Shown: piece by piece, positions 37,136 through 50,828 of the stretch
How the letters are laid out: every line of letters begins with the position of its first letter
Position numbering within the stretch: position 1 is the first letter of the stretch
DNA from: Heptranchias perlo
Taxonomy: Eukaryota
Length of the DNA stretch: 64,000 nt
Assembly (NCBI RefSeq): GCF_035084215.1
Contig: NW_027138407.1
Coordinates: 868,001-932,000, forward strand
Direction: 5' to 3'
Notes under the pieces: model-generated
The model's database searches: none
What the model was told of the DNA's origin: nothing
What the model saw: only the letters and a program-made list of their open reading frames with translations
Position numbers and translations under genes: made by a program

Positions 37136-38238
37136 CAATTCAGTTGTCAGTAACTGCAGATTTTTCAAAGAAAATTGCTCCAAAAATGTGCACACAGTTT
37201 TCCTGAGCTGTTAAAATATGTAGTTAATAATCTCTGGTTTTTATACAATGAAGGAAGATTGGGAACTCCTGTATGTTAAATATACAATCGGAACAAGCTG
37301 ACGTCATGCACTTGCTGCTGAAGGTTCCCCAGCACTCTCGCTGTCGTAACCGCGATGATGCTTTTAAAATTGCTGGAAGTATCACTGTACTGAAATTTAC
37401 TGATAAAACCTCATTCATTCAAACGAGGCAGTATTGATGCGGGTATTTTATTGTGGTGCAGCAATTAGATAAAAGTATCCTGATATGTTTTCAGATTTCT
37501 ATGTTGTAAGCATAGGGCCGAATGGCCTCCTCCTGTACTGTACCTACTGTGGTACAATCGCAGGACAATAGAACCAAATAGATGGCTATTTCAAAGAGCC
37601 GGTACAGGCACGATGGGTCGAATGGCCTCTTCCTGTGCTCTACCTACTATGATACAAAAGTGCAATAAACGGCGATTGATAGAAAGGATAATTCTAGTTT
37701 CACGAAATCAACAAGTTGCAAAATTTAAGTGAATCCATATTAGCATGATAGGTCCTTTGTTCATATACAAATTCAGTCTAAATGTGCAACTGATTTACTT
37801 AACTAGATTCCAGCAACGCTTTGAGGAAATCTGAATAAACTGGACAAGGCTTTATGTAAACACACGGTTTATGTTCCTGGTTCCTGCACACAATAAGCGC
37901 GTTCGATTACTGTGATATACGAGCTGCTGCCTTTGTCTGGTGTGTGCAGCTCCTTGAACGGCTGGAACTCAATGTCAAACTCGGGCAAAATTTCTGCCGC
38001 ATTATTTTGCAGTTGCAAACTGGTCTAAATGACTTAAACACATCTTTGCACTCTGTTGAGGAAGTATCCATCCCAAACGGACCAGAGGAAACCTTCCCCC
38101 GACGCCCTATCTGTTGCTATCGGCTTGTTGTATCTTTGGATGTATTTTAATTCAACACCTTCTGGTGACATGTTTAGAAGGTTCCTATTTCTCGCCACAC
38201 TGCCCGCTATCCCGTTGACCATGTCACATTCCAGCATT

Positions 38239-38800
38239 GTTTTTTGTACGAGGCTCCCTCCGGTTGCTGTTACCGTGGATATCAGCCCGCAGTAATACAC
38301 ACGCTGTCAGACAGCCACAGGACGCGGACCGTGCATTTCCCCTAACTTTTCAAAGTGTCGAGAGAGGCTGAAAATCGAGTCCCTGCGTCCACTGTTCGGA
38401 AAACATCTCCGAAGGACGTGCAGTTGACGAGGAATGTGGGGAATTTGCCCCAGCCCTGATGGTACAGTTGTAAGTATTATGAAGCATCTGTGATCGAATA
38501 GCTGCAACTAATGGTCCCCGTGTCTCTTTCAAAGTGCAGCGCTGCCACCGACCTTTGTGAGACCGAGTCTGCACAACTAACACCTGAGAAATTTTGCTGT
38601 ACATAACGTTAAGCTTTCATCATCATTTTATTATAATTAACATCACAAGGATAGTGGAGTAAATTGCAAATAGGGAGAAAACTTCAGTGAAAGGAAGATT
38701 ATCTGTGTCAATAACACGCGCAAGAGGGAGATTGTGGAACGGTTAACTTTACCAGTTAAGAGAGCCACAGCTCTGACCAATACATAAAAAGTAACATCCT
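38239..38800 (-). pseudogene. TCR V pseudogene, family I (V exon 38583-38278, frameshifted leader about 38800-38754)
   Basis: ADSVSQ..GTISCSYSITDAS*..RFSASLDTLKS*..SDS/VYYCGLI; CACGGTA + 23 + ACAAAAAAC. Confidence 0.87.
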
Positions 38801-38905
38801 ACATGTTTGCAGCGAGTTGATGGCAGATTTGAACAGAACGGGTTGAACGTGGAATTCTTTTGAGTCAAGAGTTGGGAAGATGTTGAGCAATATCCGGCCT
38901 CTCTG

Positions 38906-39083
38906 CCAATTGGCTTGTTCCTGACAGAGTCAGCAGGGAAACATCCAATCAGCTCACAGGGTTTTTTTCTCCAATTCATCCAATCAGCTGATAGCTCCTT
39001 TGTTCTCCTATGCAGCCAATCAGCTTACCCGCCGTTTGTTCACCAATTCATGACGGGCAGATGTGAGGAAGACGTGGGCGGGG
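38906..39083. promoter_or_regulatory. CCAAT-box array plus GC box
   Basis: CCAAT at 38906, 38945, 38971, 38980, 39016 and 39043; GGGCGGGG at about 39076. Confidence 0.5.
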
Positions 39084-40002
39084 CATTGTTACCGCAAGGT
39101 TTGTCTCGAGAATGTGCTGTCGATAACGGGTTTGATCAGAGACACCGTCAGTCAGGATGCAGTCAGCCGCCGAATGAGCGCAATTTACGGTTCATAAAGT
39201 CCTACATCACAGAAGGAGCCCATTCGGCCCATCTTGAATGTTCCCGAACTATCCATTTAGTTCCCACTTCCCTGCTCTTTCCCCATATCCCTGCAAATGT
39301 TACCTTTGAAGGAAAGTTTCAAAAATAGTTAGGTTCTAGACATGTTCAATGAACCTTTATCGGTCACGTTCATGAATGTTTGTTTAATTTATGGCAGTGA
39401 AGAGGGTGATAGATCACCGAGAACATTCAGTTCATTCTCGAGAAACAATTGTGTTTACACGGCGATGGCAGCTCTGTTGGGTAGATTTCATCTGGTCTTC
39501 ATTTTTCGTGTAATCGGTAAAGCATTCAAAAAGAATCTGTTTACCATTTGGCTGGAATCGTTTTGAGAGGAGATTTCCCTTCTGTTTGCGATGTCGCTAA
39601 CACAAAGAGACCAGAGCACATCTTCCCCACGTATGCTCCTGTCCATCTTGTCGTTATTTTCGATAAGGATTATAGACGATGACATTTAACCTCTGCCCAG
39701 ATCAACGTCGTCGAGACAGAGAACTGGAAAATGTTCTCCTTAACCATTGCAAAACAACCGCCGACATAAATTACTTCAAGCTGCTTTATTAAACGCTATA
39801 TCGTTGATAAAAGTGCAATGAATTGGAAAGTGACATCTTTAAATCAGCGTAAAGAAAACGGGTTACACAAATTACCTAAATTTGTTCTATTAAACTGAGC
39901 CCATCTGTAAATGAGGGAACTGCAGTAAGTAGTTTCGTGTGACGCGACCTGAAAGGCGAGGGAGGTTTTTATACAGCGGCTGCCGCGTTTCCACTCAGCG
40001 TG

Positions 40003-40431
40003 CGGCTCTATCGCACAGTAATAGACTGCGGTATCTGCAAACTCCGTGCTGTTAATGACCAATTGGCCGCGTTTGTCCGCAGTGGAAAGGTACAATTCAA
40101 AACGGCCTCCGCTCTCTTTGCCAGACGAGATTCGCCTTATTAGCCACTCCAGTCCCTGACTGGTTTTCTGCTTGTACCAATGCATGGCGTTAAAGCTGGA
40201 TATGTCATAACTACAGTTTATCTGCACCGAATCCCCGATCCGGACTGTTTTCGAAGCGGGAGATTGCAGCACTCGGTCCGCGAGACATCCACCTGTGAAA
40301 ACATTCAGACAATGAAACACTGGAACACAGTGAATAAAACATATTCCCGGTTATTGAGTCCAAATCCTGAACCTACTTGTTAGCAGCACCACAATGGCGG
40401 GTAATACATTCGCTTGTATCGAGTAGCACAT
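40003..40431 (-). CDS. TCR V segment, family D, intact (leader 40431-40377, V exon 40292-40003)
   Basis: MCYSIQANVLPAIVVLLT|gtaggt; DRVLQSP..QINCSY..MHWYKQ..ADTAVYYCAIEP; RSS CACGCTG (40002-39996) + 23 + ATAAAAACC. Confidence 0.92.
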
Positions 40432-40902
40432 CCTCGCAATTAAGATGTAAATAAGAAAACGGCACACAGCTCACATCAGATGATCTCGAACCGAGTGAAC
40501 ACAGTGAACAGTCGGAGAAACAAAGTCAGCGCCGCTCAGTTAAAGTCTCAGTCACGTGTGTCTGCTGCTTTTCGATTGGCTGGTAATAGCTATTATTCAC
40601 ACAAGATGTGCGTAGGCAGTTTGTTGATCTGCTCTCACTTCTCCTGGGTTCACATCTGGACCTATCAATTGTCCAATGGGCAACTCACTCGTCTTGAGGT
40701 GGGACGTGAGTTGAGTCCCATCCCTTTGTGTTAGTCTCTCTCTAAAGAGAGATGCCTGGCGCTGAATGATTGGAAACAAGTCAAACTCTTTCACCGGACT
40801 CGACCGTCCAATAGATGAGCCGGGGTGATTGTAACGGAATCTACCAAAGTGTTGCTCAGAGAGGAGATATTGTACGAGAGCTGCGCCATTTCCCTCACCG
40901 TG

Positions 40903-41294
40903 GCTCAAGGCACAGTAATAGATTGCGGTATCCGCCAACTCTGCCTGGTCGATGCCGAGAGTGCTCAGTCTTTGATCCCTGTCGGTGTAGATCTTAAACC
41001 GGCCTTGCTGGTCCTCTCCTTTGAATCCACAATGAATGAATACCGGGGCCTCGCTCACCAGTCGGCTGTACCAACAGATGCTATTGGTCGTGTTGAACTC
41101 GCACGGAATCCTGACGGGATTTCCTTCCACTGCGAACTCTTCGGCAGGCTGAGAAATCTGGGCGAAACTCGGAGCATCTTTGGACACAATTTGAGAATTG
41201 TTAGATTCAAACAGTTTTATAAAGTACGGTGATTGGAATGATATGTGAAATACTCACAGGTCACGAACAACAGGAACACTTTTATTACGCCCAT
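40903..41294 (-). CDS. TCR V segment, family C, intact (leader 41294-41258, V exon 41177-40903)
   Basis: SICWYSRLVSEAPVFIHCG..ADTAIYYCALS; RSS CACGGTG (40902-40896) + 22 + ACAATATCT. Confidence 0.9.
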
Positions 41295-41739
41295 GGCTGT
41301 CTTTCTTTTCTCCGATCGTTGACGACAGGTTTATAATTCTCGAGTTCAGCTGATTGTGGTTATTTTGGAGACTGCAACTCATCAATGCGCACGCGCAGAA
41401 TCATGCCGCAGACTCCGCCTCTTCACAGCTGCAATGGGTCCGAAGCATCTCTTTCGCCTTCTGGGATTCCATGTTCAAATCGGGGCAATGATTCCCGCCT
41501 TTGGAGACCGGGGGTGGGAATGAATCCCGTATCTGGTTATTATAACCGGGAAGCACAGGATTGTTAATGGTGACAGAAAACTTCCCAGCATTAAAGGGTA
41601 TTTCTGATGGACAATGGACATTGGGGGAACTCTGTGCTCGGAAGTTTTTTTTAAAGAGCACAGTCACCGCGTTGTGAAATCTGTTCATTGTGTATAAACT
41701 TTTTCTAACACGGCAAAATACTGTGATCAAATTAACCTT

Positions 41740-41879
41740 GTGTACAGGCCGCGATCAAACATTCCTAAAAACTGACATGGTTTACCCATCTCGGGGCGTC
41801 AGCTGACCGACGCAGCAGTTTATTACTGTGCGCGGAGACTTACAGTGCGGGAAAGCAGTTGTACCCTCGTAAAACAACT
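41740..41879 (+). pseudogene. V 3' relic (copy of 19040-19184)
   Basis: ISGRQLTDAAVYYCARR; TACAGTG at 41841. Confidence 0.8.
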
Positions 41880-42513
41880 GCCGCCCTTGTGCAGATTAAA
41901 GGTAGAGTGAGTCCAGAGGGAGCAGCAAGAAACATGTGACTGTGGGAATTTTGACACTGTTCGGATACTGGATGAAAACAACCAGTTAGTGTATCTATGG
42001 GACAGTTTCCACCGCTCATTCATGTGTTGCAGCGATACTGATCGCAGATGTTGCTGAACATAAGACCAACTTCATGTTAAATCCTGCTTATTCCGTTTTA
42101 TTTAATCGCTCAACCAAAACTGTTGAATGAAGTTAGTGGTTATTAGTATAATATAAACCACAGAGATGCCGATGAGATGCCGACTATTAATTACTATGTC
42201 ACATGGAGAAGATGCAGATCTGTCTCATGATTCCCACATATCCGATATGGGATGTGAATTAAATCAACTGCTGATATTCTAAACTTGTCTCTGAGCTCCC
42301 GTTATTATCTTTTATCTATAATAAATGCGAGTTCAACTCACCGACGAATATAATTCCGCAAGTGGACCTCACCTGTTCTCCTTGAGTGTTATGTTTTATT
42401 TCCATTTGCAGAACGTCCCCTGTGACTCTCACTGTGGATGCGGAATTATTCGTTTTGTTTATCTGTGTGCGAGCGCCCTCTAGTGAGCACTAATTTGAAC
42501 TTTCAGTGTTGTT

Positions 42514-42844
42514 TTTTTTTGCACGGGATGCGCAAAATTGCTGCATCAGTGTGGTGTTCATGAAACAGAAATACACGGCGGTTTTGGAGATCGTGGCATT
42601 GCCGATGATTAGCTCGGAAATCTTATTCGTTTTATTAAACATGGAAGAGAACCGATTAGTTATGCTGGTGTTCCTGTATCCGTTCAACCGATAATATGAA
42701 GCATGTACTGTGGAGGAAGCCCGGGGTGCTGACTGTACCAGTAAATGTAAGGGGTACTGTCTCCTGTTCACAAGGTGCACGTTAGTGTGACGTTACTTCC
42801 ATCTTCAACCATCATTTCAGGAACCGGTTTCATTGTGTCTTTGG
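42514..42844 (-). pseudogene. Family G V pseudogene with leader and intron deleted
   Basis: Copy of 19812-20142; SKTAVYFCFMN, CACACTG at 42553-42547; joins directly to the sequence homologous to 20952. Confidence 0.85.
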
Positions 42845-43315
42845 CGGCGCTGATCAGTTGCGCTCGGAGCTGATGGAGCGGAAATGACGATGCTTGGGTC
42901 TTACGAAGTAAGCACGCAAACTGCCTCTGCTGACCGATCAAGAGACTGGGAGTGAAATGAAGGGAATCGACAGATCAGAAATAATGAGCGGGTTTCATCA
43001 GTTCTAATTTAGATCGTTGACAGACAATATCCGGGCACACGTGCTTTTATATATGATCCAAAGACCCTCAATCCCCTCAATTACCTCATTCCAAACCGGA
43101 TTAAAAAGAATGCACAGCAGAGGGCGCCAACCGCACGCATGCTAATTAAGAGTCACATCGTGCAAACACTAAACCAATTGCGGTCGTAGCAGGAGTTACG
43201 TCACAATCAGGCCGGCCCCCTGCAGTGTGTGGGTGGAACAATGAGCTGAAGAGGCACCAGGTTTCCTCTCTCCATCTCAATCTCCGGCTCATTCAATTCC
43301 CAGTCACTGTGAGAC

Positions 43316-43838
43316 ATGTTTCTAATAATACTGGCGGCAGTGTTGGACAGTAAGTACCGGATTGTATTAAAGAACACATGTTTGCAGATTGATTCACAGA
43401 GCTTGTCGGAGTTAGTTCAATTACCGATCAGAAATATCTCTATGATAGACAGCTGGGTAGATGGAAGGTTACACACTCACACAGATAGACACACATTTAG
43501 TTCGATTCTGTTTAAACTTGACTGTTTTTTGCCCTATCTTCATAGACGGACTATGTGCAGATCGAGTAACTCAGTCTCCGTGGGCAAGAGAAGTGTCGGA
43601 AGGAGGATCGGTGCAGTTAGATTGCGAATATACAATCTCGGCTATTAACGCCATGCAATGGTATCGGCAAAAACCGACACAGACTCCAAGATGGATAATT
43701 AGCAAAGTAGCAGGACTGAAGGAAGACGAAATCTCAGGACGATATCTGGCGGCTCTTAACGAGTCCAAAAAGTACGGTTACCTCAATATAAGCAGCCTGA
43801 GTGTGGAGGACGGGGCGGTCTATTACTGTGCAGTAAGG
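43316..43838 (+). CDS. TCR V segment, family A, intact (leader 43316-43349, V exon 43546-43838)
   Basis: Copy of the 21435 gene (P>T in FR2); RSS 43839-43877. Confidence 0.92.
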
Positions 43839-45036
43839 CACAGCGTCCGATAAAAGCAAAGGCCCCGTACAAAAACTTCAGCGAGTATTTACAGCTCCAT
43901 TAGGGTCTGGATGGTAACAGATAACCGGTGTTTGGTGAGCTGTGATCAGGTTCGCGAGGTACTTGTGTCCGCCTCTTTACCAGTAATCATCTGATGGTTT
44001 GTAGCACGAAAACTTCAAACGGATCTCAAACGGAATTATTAATTCTGTTTAAAACAGCCCGCGTGAGGCGAGGTTACCGTGAGCGCCTTCAACCGCTCAA
44101 TGCTAATAGCTATTTTCAGGTATTAAAAGATTAACTTTGCATCCTCCTTCTTTCTTTCTTTTATTAATTTTCTATGTAATGATCTCTCCTACATATGATT
44201 AAGAGAGAGATAGGCAACCACACCGAGGCGCGCACATACATGCAGAATACTCTGAGCCATTTCCGAGGACCAGGGAGCTGTTTTATCTATGTTATCACCA
44301 ATATTGTGTGGAGCGCACGCTCCCTGTCTGACAAGGGATTCCCAGAAGGGAATTGGATACATACCAGAAGAGGAAAAAGTTGCACGGCAATGTGGTTGTG
44401 GAACTAATTGGTAGCTCTTTCAAAGAGCCGGCATAGGCATGATTGGCCGAATGACCTCATTCTGTGCTGCACGATTCTCCGATTCCATCGAAAGAGGACA
44501 GAAGAAAAATCAAAGAGACACTAGGGGGCGACATTGGCCCAGGCGAACGATCACCATGTCGTTCCAGGTTGTGGCCATTTGTTGGCTCCGTGGAACGAAT
44601 TTCCTTAGTCTCTCGGTCGCTGTTTGCTACATGTAAAATATCACCAACTGTTCCCCGGTAACACTAAAAACAGCTCAGTACGGTCTATATAAAATGGCAC
44701 TGCTACTTGCAGTGAACGAAAACATGAGGGGTGGGAATAATTCCTCTGTTCACAGAGTGCAGCGAATCGTAAATCCTTCCGCGGAGATTTCCTCAGGTCT
44801 CCATCTCTAAATGAACCCAAAATACGTTCTTTGTGAAATTAAGTTTTACACACACGCAGAGACCAAAGCAATCTCCCCCACGCCTACCCCGCCCCTCCCT
44901 GACGGCGTGACATCGTCACAAACGAATGTGACGAGGTTATGCCAGTCACAGGTTTAATAGTTCAGTCTGGCACTGGTGGCAGTGTTTGCGACTGCAGAGA
45001 AGTGGTAAATGCTCACATTGTGAACCCCTGAGAGTG

Positions 45037-45480
45037 CTGTGTTTCCCTGTTTATTTCAGTGGGGTTTTGGCCTTGTTTACGTTGTGTAAGTACACGTGGA
45101 ATCCGAGTACAAAAAACACCAAAAGGTCCGGTTAGTGGGGCGGATATCTGTAAATGTTCAATTTCTCTTGCAGCCGACAGCGTTGGTGGCGATTCCGTTC
45201 ATCAAGACTATTCGGCCAGGACGGTGCGGGAAGGAGATATGGTGACGCTGAATTGTAGTTTTACAACAACAAATACCGACCCTAATATTTTCTGGTACCG
45301 GCAGTTTCCCGGTCGGGCGCCGGTAAATGTGTTGCTTATTACCAAATATGACACGTTCCCAACCGACTTCGCCAAGGAACGTTTTACGGCAAAGCTGAAC
45401 GCAGAGGAGAGCGCGGTTTGGCTGAGAATTTCCGAGGTGGAGCAGTCAGACAGTGCTGTGTATTACTGCGCTCTGAGACC
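45037..45480 (+). pseudogene. Family E V with open exon (45174-45480) but start codon ATG>CTG
   Basis: gtgCTGtgtttc versus gtgATGtgtttc at 23152; RSS 45481-45519 intact. Confidence 0.82.
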
Positions 45481-46496
45481 CACAGCTGCAGAGCTCCGAG
45501 CTCGTCCTGTACAAAAACTGCAGCACTGTGTGTAAACCAAGCAGTGTGTAAGGCCGGACTACGCGTCTGTAATGGTCCGAATAGGACAGTTACTATCAGC
45601 ACACAATATCCCCACAGGGCAGCTCCCATCGGGTCTGAATAGAGGAGTCCGAATTTAGATTTAATTTATTCTTCAGTGAGGGACGAACAGGAGAAACCTC
45701 GCACACGTTTAATAGACCAACCGACCGTGTAATGTGTTCAAGTTTCCCCGCTTCACTGCATTTTTCATCTTTTTCACACCACATAAACCAACACAAAATA
45801 TGCAGCTTTGCTGAGATTTGGGGTTTAATCAGCGGGCTCTAACCCATCACATTGCTGAGTGTTTGTTTAATTTCTGCCGGTGTGTGACGGCTCACCGCGA
45901 GCATAAAGTTCATTGTCCTCCAACATTTGCGTTTACACCGAGGTGTCCGCTCTCTGGGGGAGATTTCCTCTGGTCGCTATTTCTAGCGACACAGTGAACG
46001 CATTCGAAAAGAACGCGTAACGATTCCACCAACCTCGCTCTGTTTGCGATGTCGCTAACACACAGAGACCAGAGGGAATCATCCTCTTGTGAGTCCACAG
46101 GAGAAGGCTCAACAAACCCGACCCCTGTCAACCTCCTCAGTCTGATTAGTGACAGCGAATGAAATAAACTGAACATCTTCATCTGCATTCAAACAATATT
46201 TTTGTCACTTTGGGGCGGCTATCCTTGCATCAGAGATCAGCTTTCTCTCTGAGCAAACTCTCTCTCAGATCAATTAGAGATTGAACTGTCTCTCGAGTCA
46301 ATTAGAGATCAAGCTGTCTCTTTTTATTCGTGTTGCAGGATGTGACGTCATTATCTCAATTCTCTGAAATCAACACATGCTTGTGGTTCAAGCAGTGACA
46401 TCAGACCAGCCCCAGCCGGCGCTCTCAGCTCCTTCCGTTTGATTTTCTGCAGGCTTCTGAGGCACAAAAAGCCCCTCGAATTCCGAAGCAGCAGCA

Positions 46497-47582
46497 ATGC
46501 GGCTCCCTGTTCTCAGTGTGGTGTGTGTGACATTCATTTTCGGTAAGAAGGTTGAATCTTTTAAAAGGGGTTCATTGCTGGAGGAAAAGAGTTGAAAAGC
46601 ATAGAAGTTAGGTTAAACTTGTATAGAACCTTGCTTCGACCTCACTTGGTATATCGTGCATAGTTCTGGTCTCCATTTTACAAAAAGGCAATAGATGGAC
46701 TGGAGAAGGTGAAAAAACTTACTCGGCTGATGCCAGAACTGAATGGTTACAACTATCAGCAAAGATTGAACTGGCTGGGCTTCATTTCTTTAAAAGGGGA
46801 AGGCTGAGGGGTGACCGAACAGAGGGCTTTAAAAAGTATGAAGGAAATGGATAGGGTAGACATGGAGAAAATGTTTCCGCTGGTGGGAGTATTCAAAATT
46901 AGTGGTGATAAATATCAGATAGTCACTAATATATACAGTAAGGAATTCAGAAGGAACTTCTTTCCCCAAAGAGTGGTTAGAATGTGGAACTCGCCGCCAC
47001 ATTGAGTGGTTGAGGCGAATAGCGCAGATGCATTTAAGCGGACGCTGGATAAGTACGTGAGGGAGACAGGAATAGAAGGTTAGATGAAGTGGGACGGGAG
47101 GAGGCTTGTCTGGAGCACAAACATCGGCATAGACCAGTTGGGCCGAATGGCCTGTTTCTGTGCTCTAAAGTCTATGTAATTCTATGTAAAACTCACTCCG
47201 CATTTAGATACATTTTCACCGTCAGTTCAGTTTGAACTTTTAATCGATGATTTCCGCTTTCTTTTACCGTGTGTTCCAGATTTGAGCGATGGCGTTTCTG
47301 TTACTCAGCGGGAGTCCTCGGTCACACAGACAGAGGGTGAGGCTGCCACTTTAAACTGCACCTATACCAACGATGGTGATTACTTATTCTGGTACCGCCA
47401 ATACCCAGGCAGAGAACCCGAGTTTGCAGTCCGGAGGCACACGAACGGCGGTAATGAATATCAGGCAGATTTCGCCAAAAGCCGTTTTTCTGATACAGTC
47501 CTGAAGTCGGACAAGTTGTACCGTTTGAGGATCTCGGAGCTGCAGCTGTCTGACACCGCGGTGTATTATGTGCACTGAGTCT
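46497..47582 (+). pseudogene. Family F V with a 1-nt deletion at YYC (leader 46497-46542, exon 47280-47582; CR1 in intron)
   Basis: tattatgtgcactga versus tattactgtgcactg at 25713; the second canonical Cys is lost; RSS 47583-47621. Confidence 0.88.
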
Positions 47583-50500
47583 CACAGTGATGGGAACGAA
47601 CGAAAGCCTCGTACAATAACTGTCGCAGGTTTCTGGGTCACAGACTCTGTCTGTTGCGGGCTATTTATGACTGCGTGTCAGGCACTTACACGTGAATGTA
47701 TTCCTGTGCGCGGAGTCCCCGAGCAGACAGCTCACTTAAACCGTTCACATCGAAACAAATTCCTTCGGATTATTGTGTTAACTGTGTGAGGGCAGAATGT
47801 GGTTCCGTTTATTGGTGTATACCAGGGAACTCGCCATTCCCATTGAGAATACCCACACCCACAGGTGGATTTGAATTGGTTATAACGGTGCACTCTTGCT
47901 TCGGATGTAACACATGGCAACGGCCAAAAAATGATTGGTTTAAAATATCAATCTGCAGTGTCGGCAGAGGTCGGCCAGGTGGAGAAAACCCCAATAATTC
48001 CAATCACTTCATTAAACGTTTCTCAATATTAAAGACACTTACATATTAAAACTAAGAAGCTCCAATATATGCAGTTTCTTAGTGGTCATATTCAGGGGAA
48101 GATTAGAAGCTGATGAACAAACAATAATGGACTAATAATCTATAAGAACAGACATGGCATGTTCTCGGCACTGGGCCACATAGTCAGAGGACGGACTGAA
48201 TGCAAAAGACTAATAGAGAACGCATCAGAAAAGATGCGGTAGCGAGATAAAAACCGTGAAAAGAACAATGTACAAAGACGAGAGAGCGTCGCGCAAGATG
48301 ACTTAATGGATTGAAGTGTTAGGTATTAATTAAAACTAACCAGAGCATGTTGGCATGTTACGATCACGTTAGCAAGACGTTACTAAAACTATGGAAGGTA
48401 CAACACACCAAAGTTGAGGGGACTTAAAGGATAGGAGCTTGAGGCAGTCAAGGAAGAACATGAAATCAACGCTGCTCTTCATAGGAAACGGGTAATATCG
48501 CTTCGATTATATCTATTGCCTCAGCTGGTAAGATTGTTAGCAATCTGACGTATTAACTGTGCTCTGTCTTGTAATAAAAAAATACAACTATTTAATTTCC
48601 ACAACAGTTTGGTATAGTCTCCTTCTGAATATCTTACAACAGTTGCGCGGAAACAGTCGTTCGCCGAATTGAAGCCAAAATTCTAAGGGAGAAATTCTAA
48701 ATTATTCCACTGGATGGCACCAAATCCATAGGAAACACACGGGTGCATCTGCATGCTCACTCCGATCTGTGCCCGTGGCACGCAGGAGCTCGCTCACATG
48801 CAGAGTCGGCCATTAACTGCTGAACTAAGGTTGCTGCAGATAACGTCACCCTTTGGTTGGTCTGGAACTTGTCTACCAGTAACTCCATGTTTTTAAATCT
48901 TTTTGTGTTCCCAGAAAGCACTCGGGTTAAATTGGTGAGTTCACCTGCCCTCAGAGGAGTGGATTCGCCATCCTGCCTCTATCTCAATCGACGAACCCTG
49001 CGTAAAAAATACAGAGTCTGGTCACTTCTACAAGGTCAAAAACCGGTTCTGTAAATAACTTCACAATCGGGTTTAAGATGATCTGATGAGATATGTGCAA
49101 ATCCATTGGTAAAAATGGTCCATGTATCTGATTGGAGCAGCTTAGTCTGACTGACGAACTCCTCGAGTGAGGACGCTTCACCGGTGAAAATGCAGGTTTG
49201 AAGACCATTGAAAATCCGAGTAAACAATGGAAGGGCCCAGGAATGGCTCAGGAATTGTGTGTCACGAGGAGTGACTCACAGAAAGTATTTCAAAAAAATA
49301 TTCTCGGGATGTGGATGTCACTGGCAAGGCCGGCATTTATTGACCATTCCTAGTTGCCCTGAGAAGGTGATGGTGGGACTTTTTCTTGACGCGCTGCAGT
49401 CTTACGGTTTGATACACTGATTCACTTCAGGAGGCAGTTAAGGGTCACCCAGGTTTATTGTGAGACTGGAGTCGCAAGAGATAAGGCCGGATAAGGACGG
49501 CAGGTTTCCTTCCCCTAAAGGGACATTCGAGAACAAGTTGGATTTTTTAGAACACTCTGACAGTTTCACGGCCACTTTTACTGATACCAGTTTTTTATGT
49601 CCAGATATTTATACGCTGAACTCACGTTCTCTGGATTACGAGTCTCGGAACACACCCACTGCATTGACATACTCTGTGAGAAAGTTACAAGCAACTCACA
49701 TTGGAACAGGAAAGGAAAATCGCGTCTGTTTTAATCACATTCCATTACATTTCGATGGATTTGTTTGTTAGTCGATTGTGGCTTTCGTCTTATGTACATG
49801 TAAACTTTCTGTGGAATGAATATAGCGTGGGTTTGTCGGCCAGGACACCGAGAGAATTAATTTGCGACGTTTTTACGCTTTTGCAAAATGTGCAGGATAA
49901 ACGACATTCTTCACAAATTCATTCTCAATGATCCTTCGTACCTTAGAATACAAAAAAGGTGATTCAGCCGCTCAAATCTGCACTTTCGTTCTCGCTCCTC
50001 ACACCCTTCAACAAACCTCTAAATCCCCAATGTGCTTCATTTTTGATACAATTCACGCAGAGTGAGTCACTTAACACGTTCTGGCAAAACATTCGACATT
50101 CTTACCTCCTCTGTAAATAATGTTTTCTGACCATTAAAATGTCTCTTTCTCGGAGTGATATTTCCCTCTGGATTTAATTTTATTCGTCCGTCTGTTTCCA
50201 CAGGGACCAGTAAAGTTTCTTCTTTCCTTTCCTTTGGTTCAATCTGCGATTCACCTGTTGGGTTGATGACCGGTCACCTCCTGCTGTGATTTCCTGGATT
50301 AGGTGTCCAATCTGCTCAGAGATTCTCTCCGCTCAAAACGACGCCCTCAGTCTGTCGGCAACGACAATAGCGGCAGCTCTGGGCTGGAAAGAGGTTGGGA
50401 ATTTGACTCAGTTAATGACTCGGCAATGGAGGACCGCGGCTCCCACAATCCACAGCGGCAGAGAAAAGTCAATATCTGTGACACCAGGCGCGCGGCACTC

Positions 50501-50828
50501 TGGGGAACTGTTCGCACATGCGCACCTCACCAATTTTTTTTAACCCAACGCTTTTTAAAATTCTCTCGCATGTGAGACTTTCACTTTTATCGAACAAGAT
50601 GGGGCAGTTATTTTGATGGAAACTGAAGGCACTTTTCGTTTCGATCGACCCGTTTTATGTAAATTAACGGCAGACATGCGCAGTGTATTACAACATACAA
50701 ACATGGTCGACTGCACGTGGAGAAAACATGGCCCACTGCACGTCACACAAAGAAGGCCGACGGTTGGTCAAACAAACATTAACGATTATTCATGTAGCTG
50801 TGCAGGTGAATGATTTATTCCTGCGGGA

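Larger units (their letters stand above)
18130..40826. repeat. Tandem segmental duplication, unit 1
   Basis: Gene order and intergenic sequence repeat at an offset of about 22690, falling to about 21750-21890 (e.g. 21435/43316, 36021/57781). Confidence 0.93.
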
